A DNA stretch of 64,000 nucleotides from Octopus vulgaris (Eukaryota). The position numbers and the translations under genes are program-made. Shown here in pieces: positions 35,930-48,453 of the stretch. The first letter of the stretch is position 1. Every line of letters starts with the position of its first letter. The notes beneath the pieces were generated by a model, which was not told the DNA's origin, searched no databases, and saw nothing but the letters and a program-made list of their open reading frames with translations. The DNA is taken from the NCBI GenBank assembly GCA_951406725.2, contig OX597814.1, positions 174,220,001-174,284,000 of the forward strand. Direction: 5' to 3'.

Positions 35930-37460
35930 AATTTTATTAAACCAAATACCAACACATTTTTGCCAACAAGAAACTTCAGTAGCACAGAATTCTGAAGTCC
36001 TTGAACTGATGATTTCTTTTAAGGCATTTTGAGCTGCTGCCTAGTTGCTGAAAACCTTCAGAAAATATTGAGATGCTTGAAAAAATAGCAGTCAATAGAA
36101 AAGAGGTCTAGGGAGTAAATTGGGTGAAATAGGGTTTAATGGACCAGTTCATTTAAGTTCTGTAGTGTCTTTTTTGAGAAATGTGGTTAGGTACTATCAT
36201 GGATTTGGTTCTTTTCGATTGATCAATATCAGATGTAAACATTACAATTCTTAGTGCATTTATCAACTTCCTGGCAATCTTTCTCTACTGTGGTGGCTTC
36301 ACAAGGATTAAAGAAGTAGAAGTGGCAAATTTTATTTGCCAACCATAATCCCTCTTCTTTTGGTGCACTTTTGATCTGGGAAAGATTTTTGGCACTTCCC
36401 CTTTGTTCAGCCACAGCACAGGATGCTGTGAGTTCTGTAGAATCTATTTTTCTTTAAATGTCACAAGAACTAGATCATGTTTGTTATATAATTGAAATGC
36501 AGAGCAAACATCATAACAGTGAATTCTTTTCATATTTTTCTTCAGCTAATGGCATAGAAGTGGCTGTGTGGTAAGTAGCTTGCTTACGACCCACATGGTT
36601 CAGGGTTCAGTCCCACTGCGTGGCACTTTGGGCAAGTGTCTTCTACTATATCTTTGGGCCGACCAAAGCCTTGTGAGTGGATTTGGTAGATGGAAACTGA
36701 AAGAACCCCTTCGTACATATGTATTTATATATATGTATGTGTCTGTATATGTTTGTGTGTCTGTGTTTGTACCCTCAAAATCACTTGACAACTGATGCTG
36801 GTGTGTTTACATCCCCGTAACTTAGCAGTTCGGCGAAAGAGACCGATAGAATAAGTACTAGGCTTACAAAGAATAAGTCCTGGGGTCGATTTTCTCGACT
36901 AAAAGACAGTGCTCCAGCATGGCCGCAGTCAAATGACTGAAACAAGTAAAAGAGTAATGTAACAATCATTTATAGAGCTATTTTGACTTTCCAGCATGGT
37001 GCAAAAGTCAATAACGTTTGAAGTATCAACATTTAGTGCTTCTGCAATCTGTCAAGTTTATAGGTCCACTTAAAAAATAGCCCTCAATTAGTTGTTGTCA
37101 ATCACAGAAAGTCATCCATAACCTTCTCTGTCTTGAAGACTCTCATCTCCACTTTGCAAGTTTTGGAACCAATATTGAGCTGTATATCCATTGATGGCTT
37201 CTGGAAAAATTTCTGGTTGATATTGCAACCAGTTTCCATTTTGAACTCATACAATAAAATTATTTGAATTTCTTTACTTTTTTCCATATTTAATCTTACA
37301 GCCTCAAATAAAGATAAGTAAATAGGAAAAGCAAAACCATTAGCTTCACTTAATAGACTGGAATCTGCACTTCAAAACTGTTTATTACACGGACAAAAAT
37401 GATTCTAAAATAAGCATGGAAATTTAAAATAACAAAGCTGCATTTATTACCAACTTAATA
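35930..37460 (-). mobile_element. Degraded mariner (cecropia/Hsmar1-like) transposon
   Basis: MEKSKEIQIILLYEFK..NINQ; WLNKGEVPK..KVHQKK; HDST.PH..HPIYSLDLFSIDCYFFKHL (HDNARPH/YSPDL motifs). TIR-like TA|ttaagttggtaataaa at 37460. Split by SINE B. Confidence 0.8.
36551..36957 (+). mobile_element. SINE family B nested in mariner
   Basis: Full-length match. Confidence 0.9.
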
Positions 37461-37588
37461 CACACACACATTTGAAAACAACAGGAAGCAAACAATATTA
37501 GTGCTATTTTAAAAATTAATTCCCTGCAATTGTTTTGATAATTTTTACATATGATCATAATAACATCAATAATATTTATATCATCTGA

Positions 37589-37924
37589 GACCTCCTTTGG
37601 TCATGACACTGACCATAGGATTGCACCTAGAAAGTTACCCTCCCAGGCACAAATCCAGGCATGGTTATTTATGGAAGACCAGCAGTTGCCCAGGCATACT
37701 GGCCTTCTCTCTCCACGCCACCAGTGTTATCCAAGGGAAAGGCAAGGGCCGATACAGCTTGGCACCTGTGACATCGCAACTCATTTCTACAGCTGAGTGA
37801 ACTGGAGCAACGTGAAATAAAATGTCTTGCTCAAGAACACAATACGCAGCCCGGTCCAGGAGTCGAGCTCACAACCTCATGATCGTAAGCTCAACGCTCT
37901 AACCACTGAGCCATGCGCCTTCAC
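37589..37924 (-). mobile_element. tRNA-derived SINE family C (CORE-like), full length
   Basis: Minus strand GGCGCATGGCTCAGTGGTTAGAGCG (A box)..GAGCTCGACTCC (B box), then CORE-like gttcttgagcaagaca..gctccagttcactcagctgtagaaatgag. Confidence 0.88.
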
Positions 37925-37948
37925 AATATTTATATATTTATATGATAA

Positions 37949-39083
37949 CTAGCATTAAAGACCCATCATTGCCGGGTCATAGTATTAGTGCATGTATATA
38001 TGTGTATATACATGTGTACATATTACATGTACATCTATATATATACATCTACACATAAAATACAAAATACAAAGTTATATCTTGATATCACTAGTGATAA
38101 CAATACTCAAAATATATAACAGACTGGAATTGTTAGCCCATCTCTTGTAATTTCGATCAATTGTATCTTGTCCTCCCTCTTGTATAGAAGTGTGGCTACA
38201 ATCCGACGGCTGCAGCGAAATTCATTTTTGGACTTTCTTCTATCGAAGACATTTTAACAAAAATACTTCCGTGTAAACGGTGAAAATATTGTCAATTTCC
38301 CCAAACAGGGACACAATTCAATTTTTAAACAATAACCAAAGATCCTTCTCCCAAAAGGGGAGGGTTACGGTTTACAATTATTTGACAAATGCAACACAAC
38401 AATGCTTCCCTTACGAGGAACCAACAAACGTGATAATAGTTAAACAGAAATAATAATAACAACAAACCTTACGGTAAACCAAAAAGCAGTACTCTGTTGA
38501 AGCTATAGGCCTTTATGGATCAGAAATAAGCTAACAGCGGTACTCAGTAGAATGCTTAATGCTAGCTAATTAGCAAATAATCTAATGTAAAAGCCGTGCA
38601 CACCTCCATCTGGACTATTCCCTTTCTGCACTTAAATTTTATTTTTTATTTATTCCCATTCATGTGAAACCACTGATTCAAGTTCAAGTCATTGATGCAA
38701 TTTTATACCACTTGCTATTTTTACTTTTGTTATGTTACGATAATATTATACTTTAGTTTGATTTTAATTAATACTTACTACATATAATTCAATTGTTATT
38801 ATTATTTTTATTGTTAAAGTGAAAGTATCTGACATAAAATAGAGAAATGTTTTTGCTTCACTTTTAACATGTAATACTGAAATAGTGAAGATATGATATT
38901 GCTATGGGCTCGCTCTAGGCAAGAAGTTGAACATTTTTTTTTTGCCGATGACACTCCCCAGACCCTAAGTAAGGCATGTGTAAAATTTGAATGAAATTGG
39001 TTGTGTAGTTCTCAAGTTTTAGGGAAACACACAGCCAGACAGACAGACACACACACACATTCTCAGTTTTATATATATAAAGA
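37949..39083 (-). mobile_element. Non-autonomous Helitron
   Basis: Minus strand A|TCTTTATATATATAAAACTG ... GACCCGGCAATGATGGGTC hairpin ... CTAG|T: canonical TC/CTAG ends at an AT target. Confidence 0.8.
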
Positions 39084-39691
39084 TATAATTATACAGAATG
39101 TACGAATCACATTTTCAACAATTTTTCAAAATATTGATATTTCAAAGCATCTTTGAAAATGGGATTTATAAGTCCTGTGTAATTATATTATTATATAAAT
39201 ATAAAATTCTGGTTGGTGCTATCATATGTAAGGATTATTGAAACATCTGTAGAAAATTAATATTTGAAATCTCACTAATATTATTTACTTTCTGCCAAGT
39301 TTCCTAATGTATTTTCCTCTCTGCATCCAATATAGCCAGTTCCACATTATATGTAACATTCTACTTGATAGTGCATTGAAGTTGTGAATTTTTTCATTTT
39401 AACATGCTCCAAATTTATAGTTGTTCAAGTGTTTAAGTACCATACTGGAAAGTTGTATATATTGTTCAAGTGTTTAAGTATCAAACTGGAAAGTTTGCCC
39501 AAAACAAAAAACATCAGATTCTTTTGTAGTTTTGAGATGAATAAATGTTATTAGTAATGATGGTGACTATATTTTGAATAAATAAATATATTTGCAACAT
39601 GGTTTATGCTGACTGAACTTATTATAGGAAATGTGACATTACCTTTCAGAACCCCTGACATATATATAATACATATATACATATATTTTAT

Positions 39692-40158
39692 ATCATCATC
39701 ATCATTATCATCGTTTAACATCCACTTTCTATGCTAGCATGGGTTGGATGATTTGACTGAGGACTGGCGAACCAGATGGCTGCACCAGGCTCTAGTCTTG
39801 TTCTGGCAGAGTTTCTACAACTGGATGCCCTTCCTAATGCCAACCACTCTGAGAATGTAGTAGGTGCCTTTACGTGCCACCGGCACGGGTCTCAGTCGGG
39901 CGGTACTGACGACAGCCATGATCAAATGGTGTTTTTTTGTGCCACCTGCACAGGAGCCAGTCCAGCAGCACTGGCAACGACCTCGCTCAAATGTTTTTTC
40001 ACATGCCAGTAAGACGACACTGGTAACGATCACTCTCGAATGGTGCTTTTTACGTGCCACTGGCATGGAAGCCAGTTAGCCGCTCCGGCAACAATCACGC
40101 TCGGATGGTGCTCTTAGTGCTCCACTAGCACAGATGCCAGTCATCGAATTTGATTCCG

Positions 40159-40160
<2 letters not shown>
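39692..40160 (-). mobile_element. RTE LINE 3' UTR fragment
   Basis: Same extent as 3471-3940. Confidence 0.88.
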
Positions 40161-40241
<81 letters not shown>

Positions 40242-40343
40242 CAGATTGAGCCTGGTACAGCCCTCAGGCTCACCAGTCCTCAGTCAAACCGTCCAACCCA
40301 TGCCAACATGGAAGGTGGACATTAACCGATGACGATGATGATG

Positions 40344-40345
<2 letters not shown>
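40242..40345 (+). mobile_element. RTE LINE terminal ~100 bp
   Basis: cagattgagcctgg..ccagtcctcagtcaaaccgtccaacccatgcc..(gat)n. Confidence 0.8.
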
Positions 40346-40386
<41 letters not shown>

Positions 40387-40388
<2 letters not shown>

Positions 40389-40592
40389 AGAGTAAACACA
40401 TAAATGTGAAACAAGGTGGAAAAAAAGAGTACTCAAATACCAGTGGTAGAGTAATATGCTTTATTTAAAGCAGCAGAAAATTCAACAAAATCTGTTACTC
40501 TGAGTTTCTCATTGCCGTTCATCAGACAGTTTTTGATGAACGGCAACGAGAAACTCAGAGTAACAGATTTTGTTGAATTTTCTGCTGCTTAA

Positions 40593-40595
<3 letters not shown>
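40387..40595 (-). mobile_element. Penelope-like pLTR remnant with inverted end
   Basis: ~62-bp arms at 40462-40524 and 40534-40595 contain hammerhead cores; embedded in (TA)n on both sides. Confidence 0.7.
40492..40529 (-). ncRNA. Minimal type I hammerhead ribozyme
   Basis: CTGT-CTGATGA-ACGGCAATGA-GAAACTC A GAGTA-ACAG. Stem I CTGT/ACAG, GCAA-capped short stem II (partly mutated), palindromic stem III ACTC/GAGT, GUA triplet. Confidence 0.7.
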
Positions 40596-40632
<37 letters not shown>

Positions 40633-40633
<1 letters not shown>

Positions 40634-41149
40634 TAGCAGTATCGCCCGGCGTTGCTCGGGTTTGTAAGGGAAATAACTATATAAGCATTTTTAGAGAGTT
40701 ACTTCCCTTATAGATGCCAATTCGGGCTTTCTTAGCCATTTCTGTTTTGGTGTCTTCAAGCCATGAAGTCGTTGTTCTAAAAGAACGCTGGTCTCCTTGA
40801 CAACGCTTTACGACGTTGATTTCCTTACACTCCCATCCCCACAGCTTCACGAGGGAGGGAAGAAGGGGGAGAAGCAAACATAGGTGCAGGTGTTTGAGCG
40901 TGGACGCCAACTCCGCCGCCATCGACACACGAAAAATTATGCATTAAAATGGAATAAAAAATGATGTTAAATTATTTTTAAAATCGTAGACTCATCGTAG
41001 ACGCGCGCTAATAGCCAGACGGGCTCGATATGAATCACGACTATAAGATACCCGGTTTTGGTTAAACTGCACCGCAAAATGTGGGAGTAGTTAGGAATCT
41101 AAATTGAAGGGGACAGACACTCACACAACTACAGTTTTATATATATAGA
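40633..41149 (-). mobile_element. Non-autonomous Helitron
   Basis: Minus strand A|TCTATATATATAAAACTG ... CCCGAGCAACGCCGGG hairpin ... CTAG|T. Confidence 0.85.
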
Positions 41150-41354
41150 TATGTACATGTGTGTGTATGTGTGTGTGTGTGTGTGCAATGAATATTTACA
41201 TAAATTCCAACTACCAAATTTCATTCACAAAGCTTTGGTCAACACTAAGCGAGAGTAGAAGACAACTTATCCAAGGTGGAATGCAGCTAGAGCAAACCTA
41301 GAACCACATAGTCATAAAGTAATTTTTCTAACCATGCAGGCATACATGTTTGTA

Positions 41355-41601
41355 CAAGGAAGTGCTGAAAAGTTCCTTGCTTTAAGGGTATCACGAATGG
41401 TCTGGCTGGAGGCCCAACCTTCCGAGTTCTTTTACATGGCTTAGAAAAACTGAACGACTGCCACAATAAGTGTGTGAATCCAAGAGGGGAATATGTTAAA
41501 TATATATATATGTTAAATATAAATGTTAAATAAAATCATAATTAACTGATCCACCTGTATTTTCTTTCACCCAAAGCCAGGAACTTTTCGGGACCCCTTT
41601 G
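41355..41601 (+). mobile_element. Mariner-derived MITE
   Basis: TA|caaggaagtgctgaaaagttcct ... aggaacttttcgggacccctttg|TA. Internal remnant of the transposase C-terminus (GLEKLND..KCVN..GEYV). Confidence 0.8.
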
Positions 41602-41924
41602 TATATATATATATCTTTCTGTAAATGTTCACTACTTTGTAAAATCCAACATGATTTATTATATTTTGGAGGTTATATTTCATAAAAGAAAGAGAAAGAG
41701 AAAACAACAGAGTTCACCACAAGTGAGAAATTTCTCAGAAAGGAATCTGAAAATTTAATAAAGATTAATAATGGTCTTTTATCACATTGTTACAATGACA
41801 AAAATTTGTAGAAATGAGGGACATTTAATTAATTGCAGTATATTCTCCGTACTATATTTTATTGACTTCTGGACTCTGGTTCAGAACCAGACACACTTCA
41901 ATATGATTACTATGTTCCTAAATC

Positions 41925-42475
41925 ATCAACATTATCATTTAACGTCTGTTTTCTATGCTGGCATAGGTTAGATGTTTTGACTAGGAGTGGTAATCCAGAG
42001 AGCTGCACCAGGCTCTAGTTGTCTGTTTTGGCTTGGTCTCTAAGGCTGGATGTCCTTCACAAAGGCCAACAACTTTACAGAGTGTACTGGGTGTTTTTGC
42101 ATGTAACTAGCTTGGGGCCCTTTACATGCCACCAGCATAAGTACCTTTTATGTATCACCAGTATAGGTGCCATTTATGTGCCACTAACACTAGCAATGAC
42201 CACACTTCATTTAGCTTTACATGTCTTCTCAAGCATAGCAAATCACTAGAAGTCTTGGTCACTTGTCAATGCCTCTGTGAGGCTCACCAGCCTAAGATCA
42301 TATTTCACCACCTCGTTCCATGTCTTCCTGGGTCTACTCTTTCCACAGGTTCCTTCCACAATTATAGTTTGGCTCACCTTTATGCTGCTGTCCTCATCCA
42401 TACACATTAGATTACCATACCAGCTCAGTTTTCTCTCTAGCACAATACATCTGATACCTCTCATACCCAACTAAA
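41925..42475 (-). mobile_element. Older RTE LINE 3' end
   Basis: RKLSWYGNLMCMDEDSSIK..VEGTCGKSRPRKTWNEVVKYDL plus tail ..gcatagaaaacagacgttaaatgat. Confidence 0.85.
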
Positions 42476-43000
42476 CAATCAATGCTTATCCTTTTCTGAA
42501 TGACAAGGGTCAACATACAGATGCTTACTTTTTTTTCTGTAGTCTTAAATAAAGAGGATGTAAATCTCACAAGAAAGATTTGCTGTATTGTAGCCCTTAC
42601 AAAATTGTAAGCCCTCACAAAATTTTAGGCCCTCACAAAATTTTCATCAATTTGTACAGTAGTGAAACATAAAGGTACAGTTTCCTGATTGAATCATACT
42701 GACTCATAAGGGCCAGTTTCCTGGTTTCCATGGCATATATATTGAAACCACAATCTTACAATCATAAGTCCAACACCCTAACTACTAAGCCAGGTGCCTC
42801 CACAGTAGCAAAATATACCACCCACAGTATCAAAAGCAGAGGAAGGTGGACTCATTTATTATACATTAAGTGCCTAGGCTGCTTTTGAAGAAGGAATACA
42901 TACAATTTATCTTGTTTGCACTCTATTGACCCTATCATCCATGCTTTTCACTAACAGTAATTAGGCAAAACCAAATCCAAATTGAATACACACACAAACA

Positions 43001-43049
<49 letters not shown>

Positions 43050-43293
43050 TAAAGTTGTTTTTGCTTTTTAGCCTTTAGCTTAATTGAAATATATAATTTA
43101 TATAGCAGATTTAAAAGTATCATAAAGAAACCTTATAGAATGAAATAGCTTAAATCAGTGGGAATTAAATAAATTCCATAACTTAGATATGGTGTAATTT
43201 GGAATTAAAAGACTTTCTAACAGATATTATTTTATTTCAGTGACTGAACAATGCACATACATACATACATACATACATACATACATACATACA

Positions 43294-43321
<28 letters not shown>

Positions 43322-43324
<3 letters not shown>

Positions 43325-43475
43325 TTTCTCTCTCTGTTTATTTGTGTTCCTTTCTGTTGAAGAGCATAGGCTCAAAACGTAAAAGACTTTCTCACTTAGA
43401 CTAATATATGTTTGTTGTTTACACACCCATCTTCGTCTTTTGTTTTGTTTTTGTTTTTTTTGTAAATTCCAACCA
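43322..43475 (+). mobile_element. Penelope-like pLTR fragment with degenerate hammerhead
   Basis: CTTT-CTGTTGA-A-GAGC ATAG GCTC-AAAACGTA-AAAG at 43350-43385. The tail cttcgtcttttgttt resembles 270-330. Confidence 0.55.
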
Positions 43476-43718
43476 TACATATATACATACATACACACAT
43501 ACATATAGATAGATACATATGTTCATACATACACATGTATATATGTATAAATGTCCTCATAAAGACTCTTAATGAAAAAAATTGTAGCAATACCAGATAA
43601 ACCATTTGTCTGTTATATACATGCATGTATATTCCCTCTTCTCTGTTTGGAGACATAAGTACTTACACACACAATGTAACTTCCACCTACCAAATTCAAT
43701 CACACGGCTTCGGTCAGC

Positions 43719-43749
<31 letters not shown>

Positions 43750-44804
43750 TGTATGTATGTATGTATGTATTATGGCTGATGTTGCTTAGTGAGTGAGATT
43801 GACTCAGTGCACAGCCTTTCCTCACTTTAAAAAAAATCTTCTTGCACAGGCATTGCACGATAACAACATTGATTAAGCTTCGTGCAATGGCCATACTTGA
43901 TAACGAGGGGGCAGCCACCATGTATGTATGTATGTATGTATGTGTATATATATGTACACACACGTATATATGTGTGTGTATATGTATATATATATATATA
44001 TTTATATATATCATCATTTGATATTCATTATATATATGTATGTATTATATATTATACATATATATTTACACACACACATACCTGACTGGGATGATAAGAT
44101 GACTTGTGATATGCAGTTCTTAAGAAGACCCACCCAACTCAGAGAAAATAAGCCGGAGAAATCCTGTGTGTATGTATAAATGCACAACTTTGGCCCTTTG
44201 CCCAATTTTTTCCTCCTATACACCACGCCACCCTATATCTCTCTGCCCTACACCTGCCTCTCTTCCAACTTACCAAACTACTTATCATCTTTTCCTTTTC
44301 TCTCTCATCCTTCATTTGTCCATAGACTACAGTAATATCATTACTGCTTTGCTACTCTTCACCTCTTCACCCTCATGCATCATTGGTCACCACCCCATCC
44401 CTAATCCACCATTCACTATATCCCCTCCACCATCACCCCTCAATCTTATTCAGTCTCTAAGGGTTTTCACCTACTTTTCCCTACCTCCTCTATATATCCT
44501 TAGCTCAACACTTATCCTTCTGTTATATTCACCCTATCATACATCTCTCACTCTCCCATACATTCTTGCAACCTTTATCCACCCGAACTCCCCTCACGCG
44601 ATTCTTCTGTCCCCCCTCGCCACCTTCATTCATTTCTCCTGGACTCATTCCTAAAGGAACCCAGACACCTTATCACTATTTTTTTTACTCTTCCCTGTAC
44701 CACACCAATCACCATACCCACCTAGTCTTCTAAAATGTAACCCCTCTACAGCAAGAAAAATAAATGTACATATACATAGATACACACACTAAAACACACA
44801 CACA

Positions 44805-44843
<39 letters not shown>

Positions 44844-45258
44844 AAATTTATGGCTGTTTTCCATGCTGGAACAGGTTGAATAGTTCAACAGAAACTAACA
44901 GAGTCAGAAGACTACTAAGCCCTTCTGTCTACACACACACATGCACACACACACATACGCATGCACACTCACATACATACACATATATGTATGTGCACAC
45001 ACACACACACACAAATGCACTAAATTATAAAATAGTACATATCCATATGCTATTTATTACCTAATCAGTTAATACTTCTTCCTGGTTCTGACTAATTGGG
45101 TTTACACAATGCTTTAATAATAATAACCAATAGACATGAGGTCGTTATAGTTTCAATGAATAAAATCTATGATGTATTAATATACTTTGTTTTGAAAGAG
45201 TACCTAATTGAGAGCATTAACAATTTATAATTTCACAGCTGTCACCAACTTATTTATG

Positions 45259-45297
<39 letters not shown>

Positions 45298-45827
45298 CAT
45301 TTGAATTGTCAATTTGTAAAACTATGCAAATACATCAAGCTAGATGAGTTAAAATTTAAAATTTTATTTAAGTTTTAAAACTGACATGGCCTGTGTGAGT
45401 TACTATTGTCCCAGTAAAAAAAAAGAAAAAAAGACAATAAATGCTTTGTTGACAGATTTCTTTTTGCCAAATATATTAAAACAGAAGGATTTAATTTTCT
45501 TATCTTTGGAAGAATATTACATAACAATGTAAAAAAGCCTAGAGCTGAGTATGTTTGCTTTTCCTCTAAAAAATATTACGGATCTTTTCATTATCGTGGC
45601 CTGTTTTTTCAAATTTTTCCTATTGAACCAAACAATTTGAAACTTCGTATACTGGTAGAATGTGTCAAAAGTAAACTTAATTGTAAACCAGAATGAATAT
45701 TACACCAGTTGTTATAATTGACACACTGGAAATAGTTACCATGATGAAGAGGAATGGTTTATTATTTGTAAGTACTTCAGATTTCCAACTACTGGCTTTT
45801 CTTTTCATTGATGGTCATGCATTCGTG

Positions 45828-45965
45828 GTATGGCTGTGTTGTAAGATGTTTGCTTCCCAACCACATGGTTCCAGATTCAGTCTCATTGCATGGCACCTTG
45901 GGTGAGTATCTTCTGCTACAGCCCTGGGCATAACAAAGCCTTGTGAATGGATTTGGTAGGCAGAA
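45828..45965 (+). mobile_element. SINE family B 5' part
   Basis: tggctgtgttgtaag..caaccacatggttcc..ggcaccttgg..caaagccttgtgaatggatttggtag. Confidence 0.75.
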
Positions 45966-46240
45966 AGGAGATTTGAAGCAAAGGCATTGTTCAAATATTA
46001 AGTTTTTTTAATGATTTATAGAACAATGAAAACACTGCAAGCAAATATCAAAATCTCGAGGCAGCTGCTGACACATTTTTGCTTGCACTTTCAAGTTATT
46101 ATACGGTTGAAACTGAATTCAGCCATATAAATGTACTGTTAAGTAAACAAAGAAACAGATTTAACATCAATGAACGTGGTGACCTAAGACTCAAAGTTAT
46201 GAAATATCATTCTAATATTCATGCTATTAACAGTCATCAG

Positions 46241-46405
46241 CAGTGGCATAGCTAGGAGTAAGTGATGGGGGTGGTCCACCACAGTGATGTGTTTATGGAC
46301 GCAGCACAACTGAGTTTGCTGTATAAGCTTATATAAAGGGTAGGGCAGGAGGGTCATAAATTCAAGGGCTGCCCCAGGCTGCAAAAAACTGTATTTATGC
46401 CTCTG
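46241..46405. mobile_element. hAT-type MITE with 8-bp TSD
   Basis: CAGTGGCATA...TATGCCTCTG termini; GTCATCAG at 46233-46240 and 46406-46413. Confidence 0.8.
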
Positions 46406-47253
46406 GTCATCAGGCTCATTTATTTCATTAAGAAGACAAACTCCTTCCATTAAAAGATGCTTTGTAATCTTTGTATGTGTTTTAAAAATCTTTGTTGCAT
46501 TAGTATTGGGACCTATTTATCTTATTTTTATCTCGGTCCCTCTGGATATTTTATGCCATTTTGTAATTGAACATACTGAGCCTAGTGAGATATTTTCTTT
46601 CCTTTTTTAAAAATAGAAAGATGAAAAAAGTTTTTTTTTTCCCTAAAGAAAACGTTGATAGCTTACTGGAAGATTAAGCCTATTTGTCAGTCTTGAAGTT
46701 AAATACAAATATTTTCTGCTTACATTTATAAAATTAACCAATTATCAATTTTTGTTAATGAGGAAGTACATTCTACCAACGTTTCAAGTGATAAATATGT
46801 AACATTGTTGAAAAACAAAGTGAGATATCTTTTTTTGAATATGTTTTATAATGTTGTCAATCAATATTATTCGTTTTCAAGCTCAGCGAAAAGTAAATTA
46901 TCTCCTTTTGATTTTTACCAATGAAAAATGTTAATACTTAAAATGTTCATATATCATATTGTCATGATATAAATGTTATTTAATGGCTCTTTTAATACAA
47001 TACATCATTTTTATACTTTAAGTAGGTCATCATTGATAATAAATTGATTTCCTGAATGTACATATTGAATAAACATTCTTTAGAATTCACTTTACTAATT
47101 CCAAGATTACCATAATATTTTACTGCGTGACCAGGAATTGATGAAAGCTCTCAGTTTGAGATTGAGTCGATAGATTCAGGTTTGAGACCCTCTGGGGTTG
47201 TTATTCATAACTATATCATGGTTATTAGATCTGAATCATAAGTGATGTTTATC

Positions 47254-47470
47254 AAGGTGGTGAGCTGGCAGAAAGGTTAGCATGCCAGGTAGAATGCTTT
47301 GCAGTATTTCGTCTGTCTTTATTTACATTCTGAGTTCAAATTCTGCCGAGGTCGACTTTGCCTTTCATTCTTTCGGGGTCAATAAATAAAGAACCAGTTA
47401 CATATCGGGGTTGATCTAATCGACTGGCCCCCTCTCCCAAAATTTTGGGCCTTGTGCCTAGAGTAGAAAG
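47254..47470 (+). mobile_element. SINE family A, alternative tail
   Basis: aaggtggtgagctggcagaaagg..gagttcaaattc..tail ctggccccctctcccaaaattttgggccttgtgcctagagtagaaag. Confidence 0.88.
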
Positions 47471-48046
47471 CATATGTGACATTTATTACCAAATTCAAAA
47501 CTGTCAAGCCTATGAGTAAGTTTTTATGTAGCAATTTGCCCAACAAAAATTAACAGACAACCCTACACTCTACTATCTTCCCTCTCCCCAACAAAAGATA
47601 CATTGAAATTGTAGGTGCAGTTACCTCCCTTGACAGCGGGTTAAAGAAGCTCACCATAGAGGGCACACACAACATTAAGGTTCAGACACTCACCTCTTCA
47701 TCTTTTGGTATCTGGACGTTGTAGAGCAAAGACATGATCTAGTTGGCTCTCTCACACCACACGCCAGCTAGCAGACAAGAGGCAACGCACAGGAGAAGAT
47801 CACGGCCTCCACGCATCAAACCATTTCCATTTATCATTCAGCTTGTATATATACGTGAGGTCGACATTAAAGGTATATAAAATTACCGCCTTGTTCTCTG
47901 TATTTCTTTGTACCGTGTTCCTATCAAGTGATATTACAGCCTTCTGAATAGAGTCATGTTTAGATGGCTCCACAACCATCATACAAACACACTATCTAAA
48001 GAATAATGTATCCAATTCTATTGTTATTCAAGTTGCCTGAGAGAGT

Positions 48047-48084
<38 letters not shown>

Positions 48085-48453
48085 GAGGAGAGAAGAGGAA
48101 AAACGCCAGTTCCTTCTTCAATTTCAGTGTGCTTGTCACTTTTTAACTTTTTAGTACCTTTACTGAGATCTTGTTTTTACATATGCATTATCTTGCACGC
48201 AAGCCTTGCATCATTACCTTCCTCCTGTCACGCAAAAATAGCCGACTATTACCAGCTCCACGATCACAGATCCCCTATTAAAACTGACGAATATTTGTTT
48301 TTACTTCTGACTCATCGTAGTAGTGAAAAACTTCGTAACGTTTTAGTAGAATCTATAAGTGTTGATTTTTATGTCAAGACATTTTAATACACCTCCAGTT
48401 ATCACAACCAACCTTACTCAAAATCCTTGCCAATTACATACAACTATAACATT

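Noticed and set aside
35880-36450. Host-gene exon-like sequence
   Set aside because: Explained as frameshifted mariner transposase on the minus strand.
37850-37924. tRNA gene
   Set aside because: A and B boxes are present, but the sequence continues into a SINE body repeated at 12853-13170; it is a SINE head. The same applies to family A and B heads.
39692-40345. Twin-priming inversion of one RTE insertion
   Set aside because: Both pieces contain the same 3' tail, differ in sequence and are separated by microsatellites; two independent insertions is simpler.
44166-44654. 162-aa hydrophobic ORF
   Set aside because: Pyrimidine-rich low-complexity DNA lacking stops by composition; no recognisable motifs or splice signals.
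47610-48451. Complete 5' LTR of the Gypsy element
   Set aside because: The end is suggested by the PBS, but no matching 3' LTR or polypurine tract was found, so the start cannot be supported.
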